Shown: positions 56,507-64,000 of the stretch, in pieces
Numbering within the stretch: position 1 is the stretch's first letter
Layout: each line of letters opens with the position of its first letter
NCBI GenBank assembly: GCA_028291345.1
Contig: JAQGIF010000270.1
Location: forward strand, 16,577-80,576
Source of the DNA: Rhodospirillales bacterium
GTDB taxonomy: Bacteria; Pseudomonadota; Alphaproteobacteria; BOG-932; Roseiterribacteraceae
Direction of reading: 5' to 3'
Length of the DNA stretch: 64,000 nucleotides
Notes under the pieces: generated by a model
The model's database searches: none
What the model was told of the DNA's origin: nothing
What the model saw: the letters and a program-made list of their open reading frames with translations, nothing else
Program-made: the position numbers and the translations under genes

Positions 56507-57673
56507 ATGCCCGCCAAACGGATCGGAGACGATCCCAAAGATTCCTACCGCGGTATGTTCGAACATGCGCTGTGGGGAATTTTCCAGACGACCCTGGACG
56601 GTAAGTACATAAGGGCGAATGCGGCGCTCGCCCAGATCTATGGGTATGAATCGCCCGCGGCCCTGATGAGCGGCCTGACCGATATCGGGCGGCAACTCTA
56701 TGTTGATCCGGCGCGCCGCGACGAATTCGTGCATCTGATGCGGGACAATGGCGGCCTTTCGGGTTTCGAATCCGAGATTTACCGGCGCGATGGATCGGTA
56801 ATCTGGATTTCGGAGAGTTGCCGCGAGGTCCGCGACGAGCACGGCACCTTCCTCTGCTACGAGGGCACGGTCGAGAACATCTCTCAGCGCAAGGGGATCG
56901 AGGCCGAGCTCTATGCCGCCCGCGCCAGTGCTGAGCAGTCGAACAAGGCCAAATCGGTTTTTCTTGCCAATATGAGCCATGAGCTTCGCACGCCGCTGAA
57001 TGCGATATTGGGCTTTTCCGAATTGATGACCCAGGAGCTGTTTGGCCCGATGGGCGATCCCCATTATGTCGAATTCGCAGGCGATATCTTCCGCAGCGGC
57101 CGGCACCTATTGGACATTATCGGTAACATTCTCGACTTAGCTAAGGTGGAAACCGGCCAGTTGAGCCTGAATGAGCTCGAGGTCGAGATCATCGACCTGA
57201 TTCGCGGTTCGGAACGATTAGTCGCCGAAACAGCGCGGCACCGCGACATCGGCCTCAAGGTGCATGTGCCGCCGGGACCGGTGACGGTGACGGGGGATCC
57301 GACGCGGCTCCGGCAGATATTGCTGAACCTGCTCTCAAATGCGGTGAAATTCACGCCGGAAGGCAAAAGCGTCGTTCTGTCATGCGGGCGGGAAGATGAT
57401 CAGCTGTTCCTGCGCGTCGCCGACACCGGTATTGGGATCAAGCCGGACGATCTTGGCAAGGTGATGCAGCCCTTTCATCAGGTCGATAATTCCTTCTCCC
57501 GCCGCTATGAGGGGACTGGGCTCGGATTGCCGCTTACGCAATCACTGGTGGATCTGCATGGTGCGACCATGACGATCGAGAGCGCGCTGGGCGAAGGCAC
57601 GACCGTGACTGTGCGATTGCCGGCGTCGCGCGTCGTTGATTGGGGGCCGTTGGCCTTAGAGCAGGTCGGCTAG
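56507..57673 (+). CDS. Soluble PAS-domain sensor histidine kinase
   Basis: PAS domain (FEHALWGIFQTTLDGKYIRAN), H-box FLANMSHELRTPLNAI, N-box LLNLLSNAVKF, G-boxes DTGIGI and GTGLGL. No TM segment and no adjacent response regulator. Confidence 0.9.
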   Translation: MPAKRIGDDPKDSYRGMFEHALWGIFQTTLDGKYIRANAALAQIYGYESPAALMSGLTDIGRQLYVDPARRDEFVHLMRDNGGLSGFESEIYRRDGSVIWISESCREVRDEHGTFLCYEGTVENISQRKGIEAELYAARASAEQSNKAKSVFLANMSHELRTPLNAILGFSELMTQELFGPMGDPHYVEFAGDIFRSGRHLLDIIGNILDLAKVETGQLSLNELEVEIIDLIRGSERLVAETARHRDIGLKVHVPPGPVTVTGDPTRLRQILLNLLSNAVKFTPEGKSVVLSCGREDDQLFLRVADTGIGIKPDDLGKVMQPFHQVDNSFSRRYEGTGLGLPLTQSLVDLHGATMTIESALGEGTTVTVRLPASRVVDWGPLALEQVG

Positions 57674-58333
57674 GCGGGCGAACGCCGGGTAGTGGTCGGG
57701 TGCGCCGCCCGAAAGCCGGGGCAGGCCGACAATGTCGGACGAACTGAAACGCCGAATGGTAGCGACCGTTTCGTCCAGATCGACCGCGTTGGTCGCGGAT
57801 TCGCTGACGACGACCGCCGTCACCTGCAATCTACGCCGGTCCAGCACGTCGAGCGCGCTTAGCGTATGGCTGATCGTTCCGAGATAGCTGCCCGCGACCA
57901 GCAGGACCGGAAGGTTCAGCGCCGCCATCCAGTCCAGTACTGTGTGGCGATCATCGAGCGGCACCATGATGCCGCCGACGCCTTCGATCAGTAGTGCGTC
58001 CGGCTGGGCGGCGATGCGTTTGCGGCAGAAGCCCAGCAGTGCTTCGAAATCGATCGATGCGCCTTCCAGCCGGGAGGCCATGTCCGGGGAGAGTGGAGCC
58101 TTAAACCGCCAAGGCGAGATCGCGTTGATTTCCGTGGTTTTGAGATTTCGCCCAAGGGCGGTCAGAAGGCGGCTGCTATCGCTGGCGGCGGCGCGGTGCA
58201 TGTCGAAGCCGCTGATGATCGGCTTCAACGCGTCGACCGGGCGCCCGGCACGCCTGAGTGCGCGGATGATGCCCTCGGTGACGAAGGTCTTGCCGACATC
58301 CGTGCCGGTCGCCGTAACAAATACCGCGCTCAT
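57656..58333 (-). CDS. bioD: Dethiobiotin synthase
   Basis: Start MSAVFVTATGTDVGKT (P-loop). ATGA overlap with the bioF stop. Confidence 0.9.
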   Translation of the reverse strand: MSAVFVTATGTDVGKTFVTEGIIRALRRAGRPVDALKPIISGFDMHRAAASDSSRLLTALGRNLKTTEINAISPWRFKAPLSPDMASRLEGASIDFEALLGFCRKRIAAQPDALLIEGVGGIMVPLDDRHTVLDWMAALNLPVLLVAGSYLGTISHTLSALDVLDRRRLQVTAVVVSESATNAVDLDETVATIRRFSSSDIVGLPRLSGGAPDHYPAFARLADLL

Positions 58334-59487
58334 GGACGGGCTGGAATGCAAGGCCGAATCGTTTCGGCGAGGCGTTCGATTTCCGAATCCGGGTGAAGTG
58401 CGGTGAAGGCGACCCGCAGGCGAGCGGTTCCGGCGGGGACGGTCGGCGGGCGGATGGCGACAACCAGGAAGCCCGCATCTTCGAGCCTGCGTGACAGGTC
58501 GAGCGCGACCTTGGCGTCGCCGATAAGGATCGGCACAATCGGGCTGACGGCGTCCGCGATGTTCAGCCTCCGGGTAAAGAGCCGGGCCTTGGCGATGGGC
58601 AGCGCGGTATAGCCCGGGTCGGTTTCGATCAGCTCGAGCGCGGCGATGGCCGCCGCGACGGAGGCGGGCGGCAGGCCGGTGGAATAGACGAAGGTGCGCG
58701 ACCGGCTTTTGACGAGGTCGATCACGGGCTGCGACGCGCAGAGATAGCCGCCATAGCCGCCTATCGCCTTGGACAGCGTGCCCATCTGGAGGTCGATATC
58801 GGCCTTTGGCCCGTCGGCGAAACTGGAGCCACGTCCGCCGCCCACGACGCCAATGCCATGGGCATCGTCGGACAGCAGCCAGGAGTCATGCGTTTTCGCG
58901 AGTGCCGCCAGCCCATGCAGCGGCGCGAGGTCGCCATCCATGGAGAATACGCCGTCGGTCGCGATCAGCGCGTGGCGATGAGTGGCACGGTGCTGGACCA
59001 GCAATTCACCCAGATGGGCGAGGTCGTTATGGCGGAAGGTCACGACCCTGCCGCCGCTGAGCTTCCCGCCGGTCATGATGCAGGAATGCGCCCATTCGTC
59101 GATCAGCACGAGATCGGCGCTGCTGGTCAGGGTTGGAATGATGCCAGCATTGGCGAGATAGCCCGAACCGAAGACGCAGGCGGCCTCGGTCCCCTTCAGA
59201 CGCGCCAGTTTTCCCTCCAGTTCGGCGAAAAGCGGGTGGTTTCCGGTCACCAGCCGCGAGGCGCCGGAGCCGACGCCATATTGCTCGATCGCGGCGATGG
59301 CGGCAGCTTTGACCGCCGCATGCTGGCTGAGATTGAGATAGTCGTTGCAGGAAAAGGATAGCAGTCGGCGGCCGCCGCGCTCCACCCAGATATGGTCGGT
59401 GCGCGTCGTCTCGACCAGCGTGCGGAGCAACGAACGCTTGGCGAGCCGGGCGAGCTTTTCGGATGCGAAGGCGTCGAGGGATGACAA
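58330..59487 (-). CDS. bioF: 8-amino-7-oxononanoate synthase
   Basis: 385 aa, TTG start. Alpha-oxoamine synthase motifs, including the PLP-lysine region GTLSKA. Confidence 0.92.
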   Translation of the reverse strand: MSSLDAFASEKLARLAKRSLLRTLVETTRTDHIWVERGGRRLLSFSCNDYLNLSQHAAVKAAAIAAIEQYGVGSGASRLVTGNHPLFAELEGKLARLKGTEAACVFGSGYLANAGIIPTLTSSADLVLIDEWAHSCIMTGGKLSGGRVVTFRHNDLAHLGELLVQHRATHRHALIATDGVFSMDGDLAPLHGLAALAKTHDSWLLSDDAHGIGVVGGGRGSSFADGPKADIDLQMGTLSKAIGGYGGYLCASQPVIDLVKSRSRTFVYSTGLPPASVAAAIAALELIETDPGYTALPIAKARLFTRRLNIADAVSPIVPILIGDAKVALDLSRRLEDAGFLVVAIRPPTVPAGTARLRVAFTALHPDSEIERLAETIRPCIPARP

Positions 59488-59586
59488 AATGGCGCACTAC
59501 CGTTTACAAGCAGGACAAGGCTCATGGTGTGACGGCTGGTTTTGGCGAACGCAAGGCCCGCCCCTCTTTGCAATGGAATTGGTGGA

Positions 59587-60597
59587 ATGTCCGTCGTCAG
59601 TATCGATTCATTTGCGGCGCCGCATGCGCCCTCCGGCTTTCGTGACCTTGGCGCGTTGCGTCATGACTGGACCCGAGAAGAAATCCGTGCGCTGTTCGCT
59701 CTGCCTTTCCCCGAGCTGATCTTCCAGGCGCAAACCGTACACCGGATAAACTTCGACCCGCTTCAAGTCCAAATCTCGACCTTACTGTCGATCAAGACCG
59801 GCGGCTGTCCCGAGGATTGCGCCTATTGTCCACAAAGCTCGGCCTATGAGACCAAACTCAAGGCCAGCAAGCTGATGGATGTCGATGCGGTTTTGGCCGA
59901 GGCGGCTGCGGCGAGGGCAGCCGGGGCCAGCCGGTTCTGTATGGGCGCGGCTTGGCGTTCGCCCAAAGATCATGATTTGGACGCGGTTTGTGCGATGGTC
60001 GAGGGCGTCAAGGCGATGGGGATGGAAAGCTGCGTCACCTTGGGCATGCTGACGCCGCCGCAGGCTGGCCGACTGAAGGACGCCGGGTTGGATTACTATA
60101 ATCACAATCTCGACACCTCGCCGGAGTTCTATGGCGAGATCATCACCACCCGGACCTATCAGGATCGGCTCGATACGCTGGAAACCGTTCGCGACGCTGG
60201 CATCAATGTGTGTTGCGGCGGTATCGTCGGGATGGGCGAGGGGCTGGAGGACCGAGTCGGCATGGTTCATGCCCTGGCGACCCTGCCGTCCCATCCGGAA
60301 AGCGTGCCGATCAACCAGCTGGTCCAGGTCGAGGGTACGCCGCTGGCCGGTTCGGACACGCTCGATCCGCTTGATTTCGTCCGCACGATCGCCGTGGCGC
60401 GCATCACCATGCCGGAATCGATGGTGCGACTGTCGGCCGGCCGCGAAAACATGAGCGACGAGACCCAGGCTTTGTGCCTGCTGGCCGGCGCGAACTCGAT
60501 CTTCTACGGCCCCAAGCTGCTGACCACACCCAACCCGGCGCAGGACCGCGACATGCGGCTGCTGGAACGGCTCGGCATGAGCCCGATGGCGCTGTGA
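59587..60597 (+). CDS. bioB: Biotin synthase (radical SAM)
   Basis: Radical-SAM motif [11 protein letters not shown], plus YNHNLDTS and a C-terminal GANSIF. Confidence 0.96.
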   Translation: MSVVSIDSFAAPHAPSGFRDLGALRHDWTREEIRALFALPFPELIFQAQTVHRINFDPLQVQISTLLSIKTGGCPEDCAYCPQSSAYETKLKASKLMDVDAVLAEAAAARAAGASRFCMGAAWRSPKDHDLDAVCAMVEGVKAMGMESCVTLGMLTPPQAGRLKDAGLDYYNHNLDTSPEFYGEIITTRTYQDRLDTLETVRDAGINVCCGGIVGMGEGLEDRVGMVHALATLPSHPESVPINQLVQVEGTPLAGSDTLDPLDFVRTIAVARITMPESMVRLSAGRENMSDETQALCLLAGANSIFYGPKLLTTPNPAQDRDMRLLERLGMSPMAL

Positions 60598-60604
60598 CCA
60601 GCTG

Positions 60605-61867
60605 ATGCAAGCGAAGCCTGCCTGGTTCGAGGCCGGTTTTCCGCATATCTGGACGCCCTACAGCCAGATGAAGACCGCGTTGCCGCCTTTGCCGGTGGCG
60701 GGGACCGGGGGCGTGCGGATCTATCTCAGCGATGGGCGGGAGTTGATTGATGGCATCGCCTCCTGGTGGACGGCGTGCCACGGCTACAACCATCCGCATA
60801 TCCGCGCCGCCGTGATCCGCCAATTGGAGGTCATGCCACATGTGATGTTCGGCGGGCTGACCCATGAGCCGGCCTTGACGCTGGCGGCCAAACTGGCGGC
60901 AATGCTGCCGGGCGATCTGAACCACGTCTTCTTCACCGATTCGGGCTCGGTCGCGGTCGAGGTCGCGATGAAGATGGCGATGCAGTTCTGGTTAAACCGG
61001 GGCGTGCGCGAGCGAACGGGGTTTCTGGCATTCCGCGGCGGCTATCACGGCGACACGTTGGGCACGATGGCGGTGTGCGATCCAGGCGAGGGGATGCACA
61101 GCCTGTTCACCGGTTTGCTGCCGCCGCAGCCGATGCTGGATTTACCGGTCGACGAGGCGTCGATCGCGGCATTCGACCGGTTTCTGGACGATCACGCCGG
61201 CGAATTGGCGGCGATCCTGGTTGAGCCGCTGATCCAGGGCGCCGGCGGCATGATTTTTCACGATGCCGACGTGTTGCGCCGCCTGCGGGCTGCCGCCAAC
61301 AAGTACAGCCTGATCCTGATTTTCGATGAGATATTCACCGGCCTTGCCCGCACTGGCACGATGTTCGCCTGCGAGGTGGCGGGTGTAGTGCCCGATATCA
61401 TCACATTGTCGAAGGCGCTAACCGGCGGGACGATGGCGCTGGCCGCCACTGTTGCGACGAAACAGATATTCGACGGCTTCTGGTCCAACGATTCAGGCCA
61501 CGCTTTGATGCATGGGCCGACCTATATGGCAAACGCGCTTGCCTGCGCGGCCGCCATCGCATCTTTAGAACTTTTCGATACCGAACCCCGATTGGAGCAG
61601 GTCAGGGCGATCTCGGCGGGCTTGACCGACGGGTTATCGCCACTGCGCAAGGTCGCAGGGATCAAGGACGTGCGGGTGATGGGCGCGGTCGGCGTCGTGC
61701 AGCTTGACGGGCTGAATGATCCGAAGTCGCTGCAGCGGGCCTGCGTCGAGGCCGGAATCTGGGTCCGGCCATTCCGCGACATCGTCTATCTGACGCCGTC
61801 CTTCACGATCGGCACGGACGATCTTGAGCGGCTGACCGGCGCCTTGACGAAGGTCCTGGCCGCTTAA
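60605..61867 (+). CDS. bioA: Adenosylmethionine-8-amino-7-oxononanoate aminotransferase
   Basis: 420 aa class III aminotransferase. Motifs [15 protein letters not shown] and LSKALTGG (PLP lysine). Confidence 0.94.
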   Translation: MQAKPAWFEAGFPHIWTPYSQMKTALPPLPVAGTGGVRIYLSDGRELIDGIASWWTACHGYNHPHIRAAVIRQLEVMPHVMFGGLTHEPALTLAAKLAAMLPGDLNHVFFTDSGSVAVEVAMKMAMQFWLNRGVRERTGFLAFRGGYHGDTLGTMAVCDPGEGMHSLFTGLLPPQPMLDLPVDEASIAAFDRFLDDHAGELAAILVEPLIQGAGGMIFHDADVLRRLRAAANKYSLILIFDEIFTGLARTGTMFACEVAGVVPDIITLSKALTGGTMALAATVATKQIFDGFWSNDSGHALMHGPTYMANALACAAAIASLELFDTEPRLEQVRAISAGLTDGLSPLRKVAGIKDVRVMGAVGVVQLDGLNDPKSLQRACVEAGIWVRPFRDIVYLTPSFTIGTDDLERLTGALTKVLAA

Positions 61868-62145
61868 ACGATCATGCCGAGGGCGCGCTGATACAAGTCG
61901 AGCAACTCCTCCTGCTCTCGCCGGTCAGCGGATTCCATTTTCCGCAGGCGCACGACTTGGCGCATGATCTTGATGTCAAAGCCGGTGCCCTTGGCCTCGG
62001 CATAGACTTCCTTGATATCGGCCGCTGTGGCCGCTTTTTCTTCTTCCAGCCGCTCGATGCGCTCGATGAAGGATTTTAGCCGGGCGGCGGAGCTGTCGCT
62101 GGTCGCGGCATCGGCGGGGCCCTGGTCGAGTGCGGTGTCTGGCAT
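61864..62145 (-). CDS. gapR: GapR-like nucleoid-associated protein (DUF2312)
   Basis: 93 aa from MPDTALD. Core [47 protein letters not shown] matches the DUF2312/GapR family (recalled from memory). Confidence 0.85.
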   Translation of the reverse strand: MPDTALDQGPADAATSDSSAARLKSFIERIERLEEEKAATAADIKEVYAEAKGTGFDIKIMRQVVRLRKMESADRREQEELLDLYQRALGMIV

Positions 62146-62318
62146 GATGGCGATCGATCGTTGAGTTTGCGGAGCCGGGAAGCTACGGCGAGTCGACGGG
62201 CGAAACAAGCGACCTTGGTTATCTTTCTGTTGGGGCAGGTTGAACTCTTTGGGCATGGTTGAATTGAGGCGCGCTTACGGATTGCCCGGTCGAGCGGCTT
62301 TCGGTAGTGTCGGTCGGC

Positions 62319-62558
62319 ATGAAGGTCCACGTGGAAATCGACTGCACCCCTGAGGAGGCGCGCACCTTCTTCGGTCTGCCGGATGTCGCCCCGATGCAGG
62401 AGCGGCTGATGAAGGAGGTCGAGGAGCGCGCAATCGCCGCCATGCACGCGATGGAGCCGGAGGCGCTGATCAAGAATTGGCTCCCGGCCTCAATGCAAGG
62501 CCTTGAAAATATTCAAAAGATGTTTTGGAACGCAATGGGCGATCCAAAGAAGAAATAG
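62319..62558 (+). CDS. Small conserved hypothetical protein
   Basis: 79 aa from MKVHVEIDCTPEEARTFFGLPDV. Good codon usage and no known motif. It resembles a small family seen in Sphingomonadales, but that is unverified memory. Confidence 0.55.
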   Translation: MKVHVEIDCTPEEARTFFGLPDVAPMQERLMKEVEERAIAAMHAMEPEALIKNWLPASMQGLENIQKMFWNAMGDPKKK

Positions 62559-62565
62559 AGAGACG

Positions 62566-62952
62566 ATGACCGACCGTTCGCTGCCGAGTGATCCTGCGCC
62601 CTATTACGAGGCGCATGTTTTTGTTTGCACCAATGATCGTGGCGAGGGCGCCAAGCGCCCGTCCTGCGCGCGCCGCGGCTCGGAGAAGCTGCGCGACTAT
62701 ATGAAGGCGCAGGCGCGCGCCGCCGGCCTGAAGGACGTTCGGATCAACAATTCGGGCTGTCTGGATCGCTGCGAGCTGGGTTGCACCATAGCGATCTATC
62801 CAGAAGGCGTCTGGTATCATTACGACACCCGCGCCGACATCGATGAAATCATCGAGACCCACCTGAAGCAGGGCAAGCGCGTGGAGCGGCTGATGCTGAC
62901 GACCGAGCAGGAAGAGCTGCGGCCCGAGCAGGTGCCCGTTCCCGCCGAATAA
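62566..62952 (+). CDS. Thioredoxin-like [2Fe-2S] ferredoxin domain protein
   Basis: 128 aa. Cys ligand pattern HVFVCTNDR...PSCARRG...SGCLDRCELG..., followed by YPEGVWY. Confidence 0.8.
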   Translation: MTDRSLPSDPAPYYEAHVFVCTNDRGEGAKRPSCARRGSEKLRDYMKAQARAAGLKDVRINNSGCLDRCELGCTIAIYPEGVWYHYDTRADIDEIIETHLKQGKRVERLMLTTEQEELRPEQVPVPAE

Positions 62953-62976
62953 GCCCGTTATGCCAGATAACGTGTG

Positions 62977-64000
62977 ATGTCTGGCGAGACGCTTTTCGCC
63001 CTTGCCAGCGCACCCGGCCGGGCCGCGATCGCGGTCTGGCGGTTGTCCGGCCCGGACGTCGCCGAAGCGATCCGCGCGCTCACCGGGCGTGCTTTGCCCG
63101 CGCCCCGACGCGCCAGTTTACGTCGATTGACGGATCCTTTTACCGGCATTGCCATCGATCAGGCGCTGGTATTATGGTTTCCCGGGCCCGGCAGCTTCAC
63201 CGGAGAGGATTCGGCCGAACTGCACAGCCACGGCGGACGCGCAGTCGCCGAAGCTATCGCCGCCGCGCTAGGCCGGCTACCGGGGCTGCGCCCCGCCGAG
63301 CCGGGTGAGTTTTCCCGCCGGGCGTTCCTGAACGGCAGGCTGGACCTCACCGAGGCGGAGGCGATCGCCGATTTGGCCGCCGCCGAAACCGAAGCGCAGC
63401 GGCGGCAGGCTTTGGCCCAAGCCGGCGGGGCACTCAGCGCACTTTACGACGGCTGGCGCGCCGACCTGATTCGTCTGCGCGCCCATCTGGAAGCCGACAT
63501 CGAATTCCCCGATGAGGATATCGGCGACCCCGTGGTGAAATTGTCCGGACAATTGTGCGCGCTGCGTTCGGCTGTGGCCGCGCATTTGGCGGACGCGCGT
63601 AGAGGCGAACGGCTTCGTGACGGGGTGACCATCGCGGTGGTGGGGGCGCCGAATGCGGGAAAATCCAGCATTGTGAACTGCTTGGCGCGCCGCGACGTCG
63701 CGATTGTGTCGCCCGAAGCGGGTACGACGCGCGACGCGATCGAGGTGCATCTCGACCTTTGTGGATACCCGGTCATCCTGGTCGATACGGCCGGGCTGCG
63801 AGATGCCAGTGGATCGATTGAGGCGGAAGGTATTGCCCGAGCTCGTGCCCGCGCCGGCACCGCCGACCTGGTGCTGGCGCTGTTCGCGACCGATGTGGAG
63901 CCGGATGCCGAAACGCTGGCGCTGCTGGACGATCGGGCGATTACGGTGGCGAGCAAGGCTGATTTGGCGGTAGCGGAAGAGCCCCCTCACGCTGTCCCCG
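62977..64000 (+). CDS. mnmE: tRNA modification GTPase MnmE (TrmE), 3' end cut by window edge
   Basis: Read by hand; it is absent from the ORF track because no stop is reached. MSGETLFALASAPGRAAIAVWRLSGP..., FPGPGSFTGEDSAELHSHGG, and G-domain motifs GAPNAGKSS and DTAGLR. Confidence 0.92.
   Translation, partial: MSGETLFALASAPGRAAIAVWRLSGPDVAEAIRALTGRALPAPRRASLRRLTDPFTGIAIDQALVLWFPGPGSFTGEDSAELHSHGGRAVAEAIAAALGRLPGLRPAEPGEFSRRAFLNGRLDLTEAEAIADLAAAETEAQRRQALAQAGGALSALYDGWRADLIRLRAHLEADIEFPDEDIGDPVVKLSGQLCALRSAVAAHLADARRGERLRDGVTIAVVGAPNAGKSSIVNCLARRDVAIVSPEAGTTRDAIEVHLDLCGYPVILVDTAGLRDASGSIEAEGIARARARAGTADLVLALFATDVEPDAETLALLDDRAITVASKADLAVAEEPPHAVP

Noticed and set aside
59488-59586. BioR (TTATMKATAA) or BirA operator in the bioF/bioB divergent region
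   Set aside because: No matching palindrome is visible by eye. This is reported as an absence, not a feature.
1-64000. CRISPR arrays, rRNA or tRNA genes, IS elements, integrases, prophage or known defence-system genes
   Set aside because: I found no repeat-spacer periodicity, no tRNA-like T-arm sequences in intergenic gaps, and no transposase, integrase or phage-like ORFs among the translated ORFs. tRNAscan, Infernal and a repeat finder would confirm.

Overview
This is a high-GC (about 63% by hand count of sample lines), gene-dense window that looks like core chromosome of an alphaproteobacterium. Sphingomonadales is my guess from gene content, and that is inference only. I support about 60 protein-coding genes, almost all housekeeping:
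- RNase E, MaeB, AmiC, PBP1A, Rho, PyrF
- a hemE-hemH-hemJ operon
- maf-aroE-coaE-dnaQ, SecB, HslUV
- hisBH-(GNAT)-AFE-HIT
- divergent bioFD / bioBA
- GapR, and a 3'-open mnmE that is missing from the ORF track

The most important unlisted feature is the probable chromosomal replication origin, in the hemE / PpsR-like intergenic gap (21644-22026). It has a DnaA-box cluster, GANTC sites, Caulobacter-type synteny, and gene orientation that diverges from this point.

Accessory-looking content lies at 37.6-55.3 kb:
- an orphan promoter/SD/terminator unit encoding either a 68-aa peptide or an sRNA
- a TetR-linked DUF35 / SCP-x thiolase / CoA-transferase / amidohydrolase module
- a low-GC orphan excisionase-type HTH gene abutting a 5'-truncated, frameshifted comM/yifB remnant, which reads as a mobile-element scar
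- a divergent Rieske oxygenase / permease pair
- a same-strand MATE exporter, TPR-sulfotransferase and TonB-dependent receptor trio

I found no rRNA, tRNA, CRISPR array, transposase, integrase or recognisable defence system. I did not find a convincing novel multi-gene system. The best candidates are listed as findings and marked as inference. Internal start codons were chosen by hand and are less certain than stop positions.
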